In this document: one piece after another, positions 9,217-19,344 of the stretch
Layout of the letters: each line of letters starts with the position of its first letter
Position numbering within the stretch: position 1 is the stretch's first letter
From: a virus
Virus record (IMG/VR): IMGVR_UViG_3300020455_000006
Location: 1-64,000 of that record
Reading direction: 5' to 3' (one strand)
DNA: 64,000 bases
Made by a program: the position numbers and the translations under genes
The notes under the pieces: generated by a model
What the model was told of the DNA's origin: nothing
The model's database searches: none
What the model saw: only the letters and a program-made list of their open reading frames with translations

Positions 9217-9875
9217 TGTTTCAGCATGTAGAATGTGAACTCCCTGCATTGAGTAGGAAAACTATTGATGGTGTCAGGTATTACAATGTTAATGACAGAC
9301 CAATGGTGTCTATCACCTCAGTCACATCACATTTCAACAAACAAATCTTTGTGGAGTGGAGGAAGAGAGTAGGTGACAAGGAGGCAGATAGAATCACAAA
9401 GAGAGCGACTTCAAGAGGAACCTCTACTCACACCCTCATAGAAAATTATTTGTTGAATAAGGATGTAGAGTTTGATAAACCTGGTCCTAAAATGTTGTTC
9501 ACTCAAGCAAAGAAAACACTACAAAAGATAAATAATATCTACGCTTTAGAGAAAAGTCTCTACTCAACAGAACTAGGTGTTGCAGGTACTGTTGATTGTA
9601 TTGCAGAATATAATGGTGAACTGTCGATAATAGATTTCAAAACTGCTGCTAAACCCAAGAAAAGGGATTGGATTGAGAATTATTTTGTCCAAGCAGCAGC
9701 ATATGCTTGTATGTTTTATGAACTCACAGGGATACCTGTGAAGAAACTTGTCATTCTTATGACATGTGAGAACGGAGAGGTGACAGTCTACGAAGAGTAT
9801 GATAAAATGAAGTATATGAGACTACTGGTAAAGTACATTGAAAAATTTGTGGAGGACAAACTTAGTGGCATCTGA
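9216..9875 (+). CDS. PD-(D/E)XK exonuclease
   Basis: SITSV, RGTSTH, AGTVDCIA...IIDFKT, Q..AY. Confidence 0.9.
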   Translation: MFQHVECELPALSRKTIDGVRYYNVNDRPMVSITSVTSHFNKQIFVEWRKRVGDKEADRITKRATSRGTSTHTLIENYLLNKDVEFDKPGPKMLFTQAKKTLQKINNIYALEKSLYSTELGVAGTVDCIAEYNGELSIIDFKTAAKPKKRDWIENYFVQAAAYACMFYELTGIPVKKLVILMTCENGEVTVYEEYDKMKYMRLLVKYIEKFVEDKLSGI

Positions 9876-10134
9876 ATCCAAACAGGCAAGGAGAGAATTT
9901 CTCAAGAAAAACTTTCTATGTCAAGATAAATTCTCAAATGACATAGAAATGCTTGTGAAACACAATTCCGAGATGGATTATATAGAAGCAATCTGTCACT
10001 ATTGTGAAGAGAATAACATTGAGATCGAAAATGTATCTAAACTAATATCAAAACCATTGAAAGAAAAGTTGAAATGTAATGCAACTGAACTAAACTATCT
10101 AAAGAAAACATCACTCGCCCGATTTGCTATTTGA
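9865..10134 (+). CDS. gp33: Late-promoter transcription coactivator (GTG start)
   Basis: YIEAICHYCEENNIE...KLISKPLKEKLK; GGAGG RBS; synteny. Confidence 0.85.
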   Translation: MASESKQARREFLKKNFLCQDKFSNDIEMLVKHNSEMDYIEAICHYCEENNIEIENVSKLISKPLKEKLKCNATELNYLKKTSLARFAI

Positions 10135-10149
10135 ACTATGCATCTTGTC

Positions 10150-10752
10150 ATGACACCCTTTGATACTTACAAACAATATCTGGCATACAAAAATCATTTT
10201 ACAAAAGAAAAGTATGACTACCATAAGTATGGTGGTCAATCGAGAGCAAAGATAGAATCTTTTTACAAAAGAAAGGACAGGTACTTCTTTGAAAAGACAT
10301 CAAGGAAGTATAAAGATGAAGAGGTATGTGATTTCTTTCTTGCTAACTTTGTAGCAACAGATAATCCTCAAGGTGTATGGATAGGAAATATTATCAAGAC
10401 AGGTGAAGTAGTATATAAAAATTGGATGAAGAGACAGCAGAGTTTATTCTATAATTTCAAGCAGGGTTCAGAAGATATGATGGATCAATATGATTATGAA
10501 GAGTTTTTTAATGCATCTAAAGGTCACCCACCTATACTCAAGGAACATCTTGCTGGTCGTATTAGTGTAGAAGAGATGTGTATCTATGAAAAACTATTTT
10601 CTTACTGTAAAGACTATGATAAACAGTTGGATGATCCAGTTTGGAAGACTATTAGTATGAAGATAAAGAAGTACTTACCGTTTCTAAATATCGATAGGAA
10701 TAAGTATAGAAATTATCTTTTAAAAAGGATACAAGAGAGGTATAATAAATGA
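10150..10752 (+). CDS. gp59: Helicase loader
   Basis: YLAYKNHFTKEKYDYHKY...FYKRKDRYFFEK. Confidence 0.9.
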   Translation: MTPFDTYKQYLAYKNHFTKEKYDYHKYGGQSRAKIESFYKRKDRYFFEKTSRKYKDEEVCDFFLANFVATDNPQGVWIGNIIKTGEVVYKNWMKRQQSLFYNFKQGSEDMMDQYDYEEFFNASKGHPPILKEHLAGRISVEEMCIYEKLFSYCKDYDKQLDDPVWKTISMKIKKYLPFLNIDRNKYRNYLLKRIQERYNK

Positions 10753-11078
10753 GTAAATTTTTTGATTCTCCTATCATTAGGGATGAGATGCAAGAGATCA
10801 TGGACATACAAAAAGATTTGTACTCAGTGATCCTAAAGTTTCCTAAGATGAGTGACGAGGCAAAGTGGGAGCATATAGAAACAATAAAAGAATTGCTTGA
10901 GAAACAAGAGATTATGTGGGCGAGGATAAAATTATCTGATGATCCACAGGCACTTGAGATGAAGAAGCAATTGGAGAAAGGATCTAATCAATTAGGTTTT
11001 GGTGATACAGATCTTGGTACAATATTTACAAACATGAAAACAACACTCAATCAGGTACAAAGAAATCTAAAAAGATGA
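10749..11078 (+). CDS. DUF1825-like protein
   Basis: FFDSPII...LLEKQ..MWARIKLSDDPQA. Confidence 0.75.
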   Translation: MSKFFDSPIIRDEMQEIMDIQKDLYSVILKFPKMSDEAKWEHIETIKELLEKQEIMWARIKLSDDPQALEMKKQLEKGSNQLGFGDTDLGTIFTNMKTTLNQVQRNLKR

Positions 11079-11710
11079 TGAAAATCAATCATCATTATAA
11101 ACCATGGCATCATTTAGAGGTAGAAGATTTTTTACCTCCAAATAGATTTTCTGAGATAAAAAGACTTGCTCACTTTGAGTATGAAACTTATAAAAGAACT
11201 GGAGTTAATTCAGTTTACACTGATCATAAAGGAAAGGATTACATATCAAGAAATAAGTATACTAGATTTCTAACTCATGATATTGTTCCAGAGACTAATC
11301 AATTTTTTGATATGCTCCCAGAACATAGAGGATATAAGGGTGAACTCAAAAAATTAGTACATTGGGCGATCACTCCAGAAAATTATAACTATCCCATACA
11401 CATTGATAATGCATCAAGAATAAACACTTGCACCTATTACATATGGCCTGAAGAGGAGATAGGAACGATACTATGTAAAAATTCTAGTAGGAATGATGAT
11501 GGGGATCACATCAAGGCAGATAAAGAAAGTGATTTTGAAATAGAAGTTGAATGGAAACCTAATAAACTTTTTGTCCATAATAGTATACCAAATAAGACAT
11601 GGCACAGGTACTCTAGTAAATGTGAAAGAGTAGTGCTGTCAGTTTTTCTTGTACAACCTGATCTAATTAAAAGTAATAGAAATCAACATCAATACCTTTT
11701 AGACTTATGA
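11075..11710 (+). CDS. 2OG-Fe(II) oxygenase-like protein
   Basis: HID, WKPN, TWH..S...R. Confidence 0.7.
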   Translation: MMKINHHYKPWHHLEVEDFLPPNRFSEIKRLAHFEYETYKRTGVNSVYTDHKGKDYISRNKYTRFLTHDIVPETNQFFDMLPEHRGYKGELKKLVHWAITPENYNYPIHIDNASRINTCTYYIWPEEEIGTILCKNSSRNDDGDHIKADKESDFEIEVEWKPNKLFVHNSIPNKTWHRYSSKCERVVLSVFLVQPDLIKSNRNQHQYLLDL

Positions 11711-12333
11711 AAATTTATTTTGATGGAACGTCGTGGACTGCAGGGGGTTGTTTAGAAAATCCTAGCGAGACGAGGTTTAGTAAAATAATATGTGATCATT
11801 ATGGTGCAGAGGAATATAATATATCAACAATGGGTGGGTCTAATAGATGTATTGCACGAAATATTTTGGATCATAATTTTGATGAATATGATATTGTCAT
11901 GATTCAAATGGTCAATCATAGTAGAACTGAATGGTATGATGAGAATCAAAAAAAATTCAGACAAGTAAAGACCTCCATACCAAATTCATTCTCAGATGAG
12001 TTACGAACTTTTTGGAGCACTTATTATGAAGAAATTTATCAGAAAGAATATGGTATCTCTGATGAGAAAATCTACTACAATTTGTTTAGAAAAATATTGC
12101 AAGATAAAAAGCACATGATTTTTACATGTGCTAGAGAATCATTTGTGCCTTTTGATATGGACATATCTCTTGATCTATATGATAATAAAAAGAGACACGC
12201 TATTCACAATCAATGGGGAGATAAACCACCCTATCCAAGACTAAAAAATTACTTGACAACTGGTAATCATCCTAATGAATTGGGTCATAAGATTATTGCT
12301 CAAATGCTAATAAATTTTATTGATAAATTATGA
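11707..12333 (+). CDS. SGNH/GDSL-hydrolase-like protein, paralog A
   Basis: FDGTSWTAG, GGSN, C-terminal HPNELGH. Confidence 0.7.
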   Translation: MKIYFDGTSWTAGGCLENPSETRFSKIICDHYGAEEYNISTMGGSNRCIARNILDHNFDEYDIVMIQMVNHSRTEWYDENQKKFRQVKTSIPNSFSDELRTFWSTYYEEIYQKEYGISDEKIYYNLFRKILQDKKHMIFTCARESFVPFDMDISLDLYDNKKRHAIHNQWGDKPPYPRLKNYLTTGNHPNELGHKIIAQMLINFIDKL

Positions 12334-13094
12334 AAATTTATTTTGATGGATGTTCATGGACTCATGGTTGTGAATTACAAGAACCTGAGAATACTAGATG
12401 GTCAAAATTAGTTTCTGATTATTATGGAGCAGAAGAATACAATATATCAGAAAATGGTAGTTGTAATAGAAGAATAGTTAGAAATTTACTTGAACATAAT
12501 TTAGATGATTATGATATTATAATTATACAAATGTCTATGAATATTAGACAAGAATATTTTGACGGAGATAATTGGCAGAGAGTATCATTCTCATCATCTA
12601 ATTTAAAAAACGCTTCACACCAAGAGTTTTTTATACACTACTACTCTGAAATATATCACACCAAATACGGACACACTGATGATAAAATTTATTACACGTT
12701 GATAAGAAAATTATTAGAGAAGAAAAAACACCTAGTTGTAAGTATTGATAGGGGAAAATCTCAAAGCAAATTGCCTTTAGATATGGACTTATCTCTCATG
12801 TTAGATGACTCAGTGAAAAGAAGAGATGCTTTGAAATCATTGGGAAAAACACCACCATACTCTAGAAATAATAAAGATTATAGATGTAAAGGAATGCATC
12901 CCAATGAGGAGGGTAGTCAAATTTTGTCACATTATATTATAAGTGCTCTTGAATCAGAAGAATTTAAAAATGATGCGATTTGTTCACATCATAATGGTTG
13001 GTGGTCAAACCTTGACCATGATCAATGGAACAAAGATTTGATTAAGGAAAGAGTAAAAGAAGAACGAGAAAAATGGTTGACAAAACCTAAATAG
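12330..13094 (+). CDS. SGNH/GDSL-hydrolase-like protein, paralog B
   Basis: FDGCSWTHG, GSCN, HPNEEG; clear similarity to the previous ORF. Confidence 0.7.
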   Translation: MKIYFDGCSWTHGCELQEPENTRWSKLVSDYYGAEEYNISENGSCNRRIVRNLLEHNLDDYDIIIIQMSMNIRQEYFDGDNWQRVSFSSSNLKNASHQEFFIHYYSEIYHTKYGHTDDKIYYTLIRKLLEKKKHLVVSIDRGKSQSKLPLDMDLSLMLDDSVKRRDALKSLGKTPPYSRNNKDYRCKGMHPNEEGSQILSHYIISALESEEFKNDAICSHHNGWWSNLDHDQWNKDLIKERVKEEREKWLTKPK

Positions 13095-13105
13095 TTGTGT
13101 ATAAT
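13077..13105 (+). promoter_or_regulatory. Consensus sigma70 promoter with embedded late-promoter-like CTAAATA, upstream of gp32
   Basis: TTGACA-N17-TATAAT. Confidence 0.85.
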
Positions 13106-13172
13106 AAACCTTGTACACGCAAGGGATTAATCCCACAATCTACTCAATCTAAAGAATCCAACGAATCAATCT

Positions 13173-14060
13173 ATGACATTCGCAAATCTAAAGAAACAAT
13201 CTAAACTTGGCAGTCTTACTTCCAAACTGACCAACGAAATCGAAAAGATGAACAAAGGCACCACAGGTGGTGCAGATGAAAGACTATGGAAGTTAGAGGT
13301 CGATAAAGCAGGTAATGGTTACGCTGTAATCAGATTCCTACCTGCACCTGATGGTGAAGAACTACCTTGGGCAAAACTTTATTCACATGCATTCCAAGGA
13401 CCTGGTGGATGGTACATTGAGAATAGTCTCACTACATTAGGACAGAAAGACCCTGTATCAGAATACAATAGACTGTTATGGAACAGTGGTATTGATGCAG
13501 ATAAAGAACTTGCAAGAAAGCAGAAGCGTAAACTCACATATATTTCTAACATATATGTTGTGAAAGATCCTACCAACCCACATAATGAGGGTAAGGTATT
13601 CTTATACAAATTCGGTAAGAAGATCTTTGACAAACTCACAGCAGCAATGCAACCTGAGTTTGAGGATGAGGAAGCAATCGATCCATTCGATTTCTGGAAA
13701 GGTGCTAATTTCAAGTTGAAAGCAAAGAACGTAGCAGGTTACAGAAACTATGACAGTTCTGAGTTTGCTGCAACATCAGCATTACTAGATGATGACGATG
13801 CACTTGAAGCAGTATGGAAGAAGCAGTATGCACTTACTGAGTTTACCAATGCTGATCAGTTCAAAGCATATACAGATCTACAAACACGTTTGGATTCTGT
13901 ATTGAACAACAAGCAAACCCGTGTTGCACCAGAGGTAAGACAAGAAGAAGAGACTGTTGAACCAGTATCACTTGAGTCAGTCACTGCCCCAGTCGGAGCA
14001 GGTGTAGGTGCAGGTGATGATGATGCACTATCATACTTTCAAAAGTTAGCAGAGGAGTAA
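13173..14060 (+). CDS. gp32: Single-stranded DNA-binding protein
   Basis: DKAGNGYAVIRFLPA, HAFQGPGGWYIENS, GANFKLK, YFQKLAEE. Confidence 0.97.
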   Translation: MTFANLKKQSKLGSLTSKLTNEIEKMNKGTTGGADERLWKLEVDKAGNGYAVIRFLPAPDGEELPWAKLYSHAFQGPGGWYIENSLTTLGQKDPVSEYNRLLWNSGIDADKELARKQKRKLTYISNIYVVKDPTNPHNEGKVFLYKFGKKIFDKLTAAMQPEFEDEEAIDPFDFWKGANFKLKAKNVAGYRNYDSSEFAATSALLDDDDALEAVWKKQYALTEFTNADQFKAYTDLQTRLDSVLNNKQTRVAPEVRQEEETVEPVSLESVTAPVGAGVGAGDDDALSYFQKLAEE

Positions 14061-14075
14061 TTCTGCACTAAAATC

Positions 14076-14141
14076 GACTTTTGAATTACAGAAATGGCGG
14101 AAAAAAACTCCGCCATTTTTTTGCCCCTTAAGTTTTTTATG
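14076..14141 (+). repeat. gp32 terminator and dispersed leader element, copy 2
   Basis: AAATGGCGGA-aaaaaac-TCCGCCATTT plus T-run, then CTTAAGTTTTTTATG. Confidence 0.65.
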
Positions 14142-14666
14142 AACATAAAAATAATAAAAACAGGTATTGACCCAAAACCCTTTTTAGACCAAATTACCGA
14201 AAATGACTGGAATTGGGTTTCTAGGCAAAAGGGTCTAGGTGGCGATACTAACCCATATGGGTTTTTACCACTTGTTATGGCAAAAGTCAGAAAAGGTGAA
14301 GATCCACATGATGCGGATAGGCAGGGTAGAACAGCATTATATCAAAACTACACTTCTGTGCAAAAATTTTGGAAAGAGTGGAATATATCAGAAACAGGTA
14401 GAGCAGCATTCTTTAGATTAAAACCTGGCAGAAAAGTTTTATCACATATTGATAAAGGTTTATATTATCAAGACAAGGACAGATATCATCTATCTTTAGC
14501 GGGGACATATGAGTATACAGTGGGTGATGAAAAAATGATAGTAGAACCTGGCACATTTTTTTGGTTCTATAATAAGATACCTCACTCAGCGATAAACGTG
14601 GGTGAGGTAGATAGAGTTTCTTTAGTTTTTGATGTTCCTCATAATAAGAATAATCCACATCATTAA
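14139..14666 (+). CDS. Aspartyl/asparaginyl beta-hydroxylase-like oxygenase (start moved to 14139)
   Basis: HIDKGLYY...RYHL...PHSAIN...RVSLVFD. Confidence 0.8.
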   Translation: MNIKIIKTGIDPKPFLDQITENDWNWVSRQKGLGGDTNPYGFLPLVMAKVRKGEDPHDADRQGRTALYQNYTSVQKFWKEWNISETGRAAFFRLKPGRKVLSHIDKGLYYQDKDRYHLSLAGTYEYTVGDEKMIVEPGTFFWFYNKIPHSAINVGEVDRVSLVFDVPHNKNNPHH

Positions 14667-14779
14667 GTAAATATAAAATTATAATGAATTTTTTTATAGT
14701 AAAACTAAAGATATTATAAAAAAACACGGTTTTGTGTGAATTTCAATATAATATAGTATGTGGAATTCAACAAAAATGC

Positions 14780-14905
14780 ATGCAGGTATCAACAACTACC
14801 TTAAATTCTTTAAAATGGACTGAAGATGGAGAATTATCTTCTATTGATATGGATAGGATTTTAGATGCCTTGAAAAATGTAGAAAAAGAGGAGGAAAAAG
14901 AATGA
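14780..14905 (+). CDS. Small hypothetical protein (41 aa)
   Basis: MQVSTTTLNSLKWTEDGELSSIDMDRILDALKNVEKEEEKE; TATAAT upstream. Confidence 0.65.
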   Translation: MQVSTTTLNSLKWTEDGELSSIDMDRILDALKNVEKEEEKE

Positions 14906-15063
14906 GTGGAGATTCTGGACTAAAAGAACAACCATTGATTTTTTATTCAGATGAGATGACCCTTGCGAAGAAGATTCTTATTAAAAAACATGCAAAGTTT
15001 GTTGAGATAGAAGAAGTTGAGATCCAACAGAGATGGAGAACTGGTGGATTATTGCAAGAATAA
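14902..15063 (+). CDS. Small hypothetical protein (53 aa)
   Basis: MSGDSGLKEQPLIFYSDEMTLAKK...; GGAGG RBS and ATGA overlap. Confidence 0.65.
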   Translation: MSGDSGLKEQPLIFYSDEMTLAKKILIKKHAKFVEIEEVEIQQRWRTGGLLQE

Positions 15064-15729
15064 TTAACGAGGAGATAGTATTCTTAGATTATCTCCTATC
15101 TTGAGTCTTTTATTAATAAACTGAGAAGAATCAGTATAAGTCATAATTTGTTTCATATCTTCCATAATAATCTGTAAGTATTCTTGTCTTAGAATATGTA
15201 TAGAACGTTTTGCGTCATTTTTTCTAACTTCAAAATCATAATGAGATACTGAATCTAATACTAAAGAACCTGATCTACTCTCATTAATACCAAATTCAGA
15301 ATAATTGAATACAAAATCAGAATCAACTATTTGACCTCCTTCAAGTATTATCTTATTATCACTGTCTTTTATCGTTTTGGTTTCATAGTGTTTTATTGAT
15401 GCCAATCTCTCTGCTGTATATTTGCTATTCAGATATACAATAAAGTCATTACCATTCATTGGCCACTCATCTCTGACACTTATAATATTATTTGATAATA
15501 AAACAATCCAATCTAATTCTGGATCATTATATAAATCTTGTGCTACATTATCAGGTCTATCATCACCTTGAATACTATATTTGGAAAAAGCAGTAGCATT
15601 TTCAAAGAAGTCGTCTCTTATCTTACCTCTTTTGAATATATTTTTAGCAGTGACGTAATCAGTGCTAGAAGTTCTATCATTATTATATGAAGGAACTAGA
15701 ATATTTGGAAATTGATCGAAGTATGCCAT
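15064..15729 (-). CDS. gp53: Baseplate wedge subunit
   Basis: MAYFDQFP, DRPDNVA..LY..LDWIVLLSNNI...EWP. Confidence 0.9.
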   Translation of the reverse strand: MAYFDQFPNILVPSYNNDRTSSTDYVTAKNIFKRGKIRDDFFENATAFSKYSIQGDDRPDNVAQDLYNDPELDWIVLLSNNIISVRDEWPMNGNDFIVYLNSKYTAERLASIKHYETKTIKDSDNKIILEGGQIVDSDFVFNYSEFGINESRSGSLVLDSVSHYDFEVRKNDAKRSIHILRQEYLQIIMEDMKQIMTYTDSSQFINKRLKIGDNLRILSPR

Positions 15730-17480
15730 TAGTACCCTATGTCGTTTGCTGATGTTACGTTTGTGTTGCCAGTTTCTCTAGGAGCACTTGCTGCATCAGG
15801 TCCTTCATCTCGAATTGTTGATTGTAATTCAGTAACTGATGATTTGTATCCCTCATCACTTTCATAATCATCCCAAAAGATTGGAGACAATTCGGTGAAA
15901 CCTAGAGTCATTATAGATCTGACTGGTTGAGATATCACATTAGGATCATCATATGCTTGATATGAACCATCTGGTGCAAAATCTATTTGACAAGTTGTCA
16001 AAGCACAGATTTTGAATGAGTTTAAAGATCTAATTTTGTCTTGACCATTCATAAATGACAATCTAAACACATTTGGTGACATTAAGAATAAATCACTACT
16101 CAACCTTCTACTAGGTAACATACCTTGTTTGAAGAATCTCATAATTCTTCTGGTAGCAGCAGCATCCTCAATGTTTTGTGGTGCAAATTGGAAAGAAAAC
16201 TGAAACGATCTTAGTTTAGGACCTGCAAATAATAATTCAAGATTTGGGTTGACTGCTTTTCCGAATGCCCTTGTCATCATCTGATTTGGATCAGTATTTA
16301 CATTGATTGATGCTAATGCTGCTCTTGCTGCTGCACCCGACAATAAGTCATTTGCATCCCCTGCTTCTCCACCAGCAAACTTTTCAATAACGTTTTTCAA
16401 CGTTCCAGATCCATCTCTGATAAGATCTACAAAACTCTTTTGACCTCCTACTGCTTGTCTAATACTACTAAAAGCAGCCATAAATGATGCTGCTTCAAAA
16501 GCATTTGCTCTTCCTTCACCCCAACTTACACCATTTCCAGTTCTAAGTTGATTAGGAATCGGCATTTTTACCGTGCCCAAATATTTTTTGAGAGTAGTGT
16601 TTCTTTGTAATCCTTTTGTAATGGTATCGGCAAATAAAGCATTATTATCTCTGTCATTTGCCCCTACATTTACTTCACTATTATTATTATTTCTATTGAA
16701 AAGTGGTAATGCCATCCTCAGACCTGGAGCAGAAGCGATTGCTGCATTTTTCAGACTACCTGTCACTCTCTGCTGTGTTATGTTACCACCTTTATTGCCT
16801 TCATTATTATTTTTTCCAAATAAACTTCCTAACTGATTCTTCTGAGGTGCCTGATACTGGAACATATCAATTTTCATATGATCCTGTGTCGGTCTTGATC
16901 TATCATTATAATGTGCATTTGCTGGATATTGCATTAAACCAGCAAAACCCTTTACTCTTTCGCTTGGTTTCGTTTTTGATAGAGCAAGTTGATCAGATAC
17001 CTTTAGCTGTTCATTTGTTTCGTCATTATTACCTCCGTCTATCCGACCATCCTCTGCAGCATCAGAAATCTCTGCTGTAGTTGGATTTTCAATATACTCG
17101 ACAGCAGGTAGATGGACATTGTACGGATACAAACCACTTGCTATTTCATACATTTCTGAGTTTTTTAATGCTTCATCATGTACAGTTCCGTATCCTGCTT
17201 TTATCGCTTTATTCTTAATATAATCCATCTCATTTAGATATGAATTCTGTCTAGCACCATTTTCATCTTGATATATCATTCTTCCCAGAAACCCATTTGG
17301 ACCAACCTCAACTAATTGCCCACCTTCTTTTACCTTTACAGAAAGAGTTGTACCATAAGTAGGACTGTTTAGGTCGATATCTAAGGTTTCATGTATTCTT
17401 TTGCCCTCTATCGTATAGTGAAACGTTTCGGTCAGAGGACCGTTACCACCATAAGCAGAGACTTTTATTTGTCCAGACAT
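15729..17480 (-). CDS. gp48: Baseplate tail-tube cap
   Basis: NPNLELLFAGPKLRSFQFSFQFAP, PNVF, FTEL; N-terminal extension. Confidence 0.85.
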   Translation of the reverse strand: MSGQIKVSAYGGNGPLTETFHYTIEGKRIHETLDIDLNSPTYGTTLSVKVKEGGQLVEVGPNGFLGRMIYQDENGARQNSYLNEMDYIKNKAIKAGYGTVHDEALKNSEMYEIASGLYPYNVHLPAVEYIENPTTAEISDAAEDGRIDGGNNDETNEQLKVSDQLALSKTKPSERVKGFAGLMQYPANAHYNDRSRPTQDHMKIDMFQYQAPQKNQLGSLFGKNNNEGNKGGNITQQRVTGSLKNAAIASAPGLRMALPLFNRNNNNSEVNVGANDRDNNALFADTITKGLQRNTTLKKYLGTVKMPIPNQLRTGNGVSWGEGRANAFEAASFMAAFSSIRQAVGGQKSFVDLIRDGSGTLKNVIEKFAGGEAGDANDLLSGAAARAALASINVNTDPNQMMTRAFGKAVNPNLELLFAGPKLRSFQFSFQFAPQNIEDAAATRRIMRFFKQGMLPSRRLSSDLFLMSPNVFRLSFMNGQDKIRSLNSFKICALTTCQIDFAPDGSYQAYDDPNVISQPVRSIMTLGFTELSPIFWDDYESDEGYKSSVTELQSTIRDEGPDAASAPRETGNTNVTSANDIGY

Positions 17481-17893
17481 TATCTTCTATAAAAATTAGT
17501 TAGATTAGGGTCAATACTTATATTGACACCTCCCAAATTACGTACAAAGTCTTCTAGTCTCATTTCAACTGCTTTTTCCATATCAGTCAGACTAAGAGAA
17601 AGAAATATGCCTCTAACGTATGATCTGAGGTATTTATTATATCCAGATAACTTTGTAAAGTCATCACCTGCATCAATGTAACTCAATACTGCTGCTCTAT
17701 TCTTAGGTTTTGTGTAATGAAGATTGACCCCGTAAAATGCTTTGCCCTCTACTGCGACAATATAAGATAAAGGGTTTCTATCGTAGAATGGAAGAGATTT
17801 GGCATATTTTGCACCATACTGGAACAGCATAAGTCTACCTGGTTGAGGACTTCCTACTGCCTGTGAATTTGGAAATATATTATTAAACTCCAA
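17480..17893 (-). CDS. DNA end protector (gp2)-like protein
   Basis: PGRL..FQY.AK....LPFYDRNPL...GVNLHY. Confidence 0.65.
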   Translation of the reverse strand: MEFNNIFPNSQAVGSPQPGRLMLFQYGAKYAKSLPFYDRNPLSYIVAVEGKAFYGVNLHYTKPKNRAAVLSYIDAGDDFTKLSGYNKYLRSYVRGIFLSLSLTDMEKAVEMRLEDFVRNLGGVNISIDPNLTNFYRR

Positions 17894-18317
17894 GTTCTTT
17901 CTCCGTTAGTATTTGAAATTTCCACTTTCTATCCTTGCAAAATTCCTCTGCTGCAATCCATTTTGCTTGATTCTTGGCATATGTCACAACCTCGGTCACA
18001 TACTTTTTAGTTTTTCTTTTTTGTACTTTAGGTTCTTGCACTTGTTTGGCAGGTTTGATTTCAACTACCTTCTCTATCATTTTTCCAGTATTATCTTTGT
18101 ATTTCAAGTAGAAATCAGGAAAATATCTATGAAAACGATTGTCGATGGGTGATTTGTATGGAATAATAATTTCTTCACTAGACCATTTGACAATATTAGT
18201 ATTACTGTCACAATACCTCATGAATTTTAGTTCCCAAAGTGACCTATATACTATATTAGTGGGATCACCTTTATATTTCTTAGGTTTTGATGGTCTGAAT
18301 TTGCCTTTATAAGACAT
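17883..18317 (-). CDS. gp4: Head completion nuclease
   Basis: KYKGDPTNIVYRSLWE, WSSEE, HRYFPDF, EIKP, NQAKW. Confidence 0.92.
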   Translation of the reverse strand: MSYKGKFRPSKPKKYKGDPTNIVYRSLWELKFMRYCDSNTNIVKWSSEEIIIPYKSPIDNRFHRYFPDFYLKYKDNTGKMIEKVVEIKPAKQVQEPKVQKRKTKKYVTEVVTYAKNQAKWIAAEEFCKDRKWKFQILTEKELGV

Positions 18318-18345
18318 TTTCTCGGTAAATCACACAATTATTTAG

Positions 18346-19311
18346 ATGGCAAAGTTAGCAGATGTATTGATGAGACAGAAGCATCATCTCCCTACGGAGT
18401 TGTTGCACAAAACTGACACGAAGTTTGGTAATATCGTACCCGCATTTAATAATTCATATGATGTTTATATAAACTTCAGGGGAGCAAGAGGATTACTGTC
18501 ATTTATCAATCAGCATGGTTTTTATGATCAAAATAGTGATGAAGACATAGGAGATTACCTTAGACTGTTTTGCTCTGAGGCAGTATTGCCTGGTTCATCA
18601 TTAGTGAATGCAGAAATACCTGGTATAAGACAAGGTATGATGACACAAGTGGGTGTTATGAGAAAGATGACCGATCTTACTCTTACATTCTTTTCTCAAA
18701 AAGATTATTACACCAATGATGTATTCAATGCATGGATGGAATATATCAGTCCTACTCGTTTAGGCAATGGTCATTTTGGAACGAGTACAAGACAACGTAG
18801 AAACGATAAAAATTCCTTTAGAAGACTAAAATATCCTGATGAATATAAATGTGAAATAGAAATCACAGCATTTAGTAATGATATTTTTGAGAAAAGTGAA
18901 AGACTTGAGGATACTAATATTAACATGGTACAAATACCAAGTAGTATCACATACTATGTTCAAAATGCTTTTCCAATCAATATAGTAGCAGCACCTCTTG
19001 CTTATGGTAATGCACAATTGATAAAAACTTCAATAGTATTCAAGTTTGATAATTTCTTTGTTGATAGAACATCAAGAGTAGGTGATGTTATTGCTTTTTC
19101 AGACCAACCATGGAAAAATACACGAGATGCTAATATTAGTAGAAGACCAACTTTATCAAGTAGTACATTGAAAGGATCTTCTGATGAACCAACCGATCAA
19201 TCTACAGATACAGATAGCAAATCTGAAGGAAATCGTGGAATCTTAGGTTGGAGATCTTCTCTTGATTTTATAATGCGTAATACTACAGATTTCGATGGAA
19301 AGGGTAATTAG
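18346..19311 (+). CDS. Tail-tube-fold baseplate protein (gp54/gp19-like)
   Basis: CSEAVLPG, FNAWMEYI, YPDEYK, NAFPINI; synteny before gp26. Confidence 0.65.
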   Translation: MAKLADVLMRQKHHLPTELLHKTDTKFGNIVPAFNNSYDVYINFRGARGLLSFINQHGFYDQNSDEDIGDYLRLFCSEAVLPGSSLVNAEIPGIRQGMMTQVGVMRKMTDLTLTFFSQKDYYTNDVFNAWMEYISPTRLGNGHFGTSTRQRRNDKNSFRRLKYPDEYKCEIEITAFSNDIFEKSERLEDTNINMVQIPSSITYYVQNAFPINIVAAPLAYGNAQLIKTSIVFKFDNFFVDRTSRVGDVIAFSDQPWKNTRDANISRRPTLSSSTLKGSSDEPTDQSTDTDSKSEGNRGILGWRSSLDFIMRNTTDFDGKGN

Positions 19312-19344
19312 TGACCTACTAAATAAATCACTGAAGTAATTATT

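Noticed and set aside
9216-9875. Cas4 or CRISPR link for the exonuclease
   Set aside because: It is in the standard phoH-exonuclease-gp33-gp59 core context and lacks the four-Cys Fe-S pattern.
17883-18317. TnsA transposase or homing endonuclease
   Set aside because: Motifs and synteny match the T4 gp4 head-completion protein.
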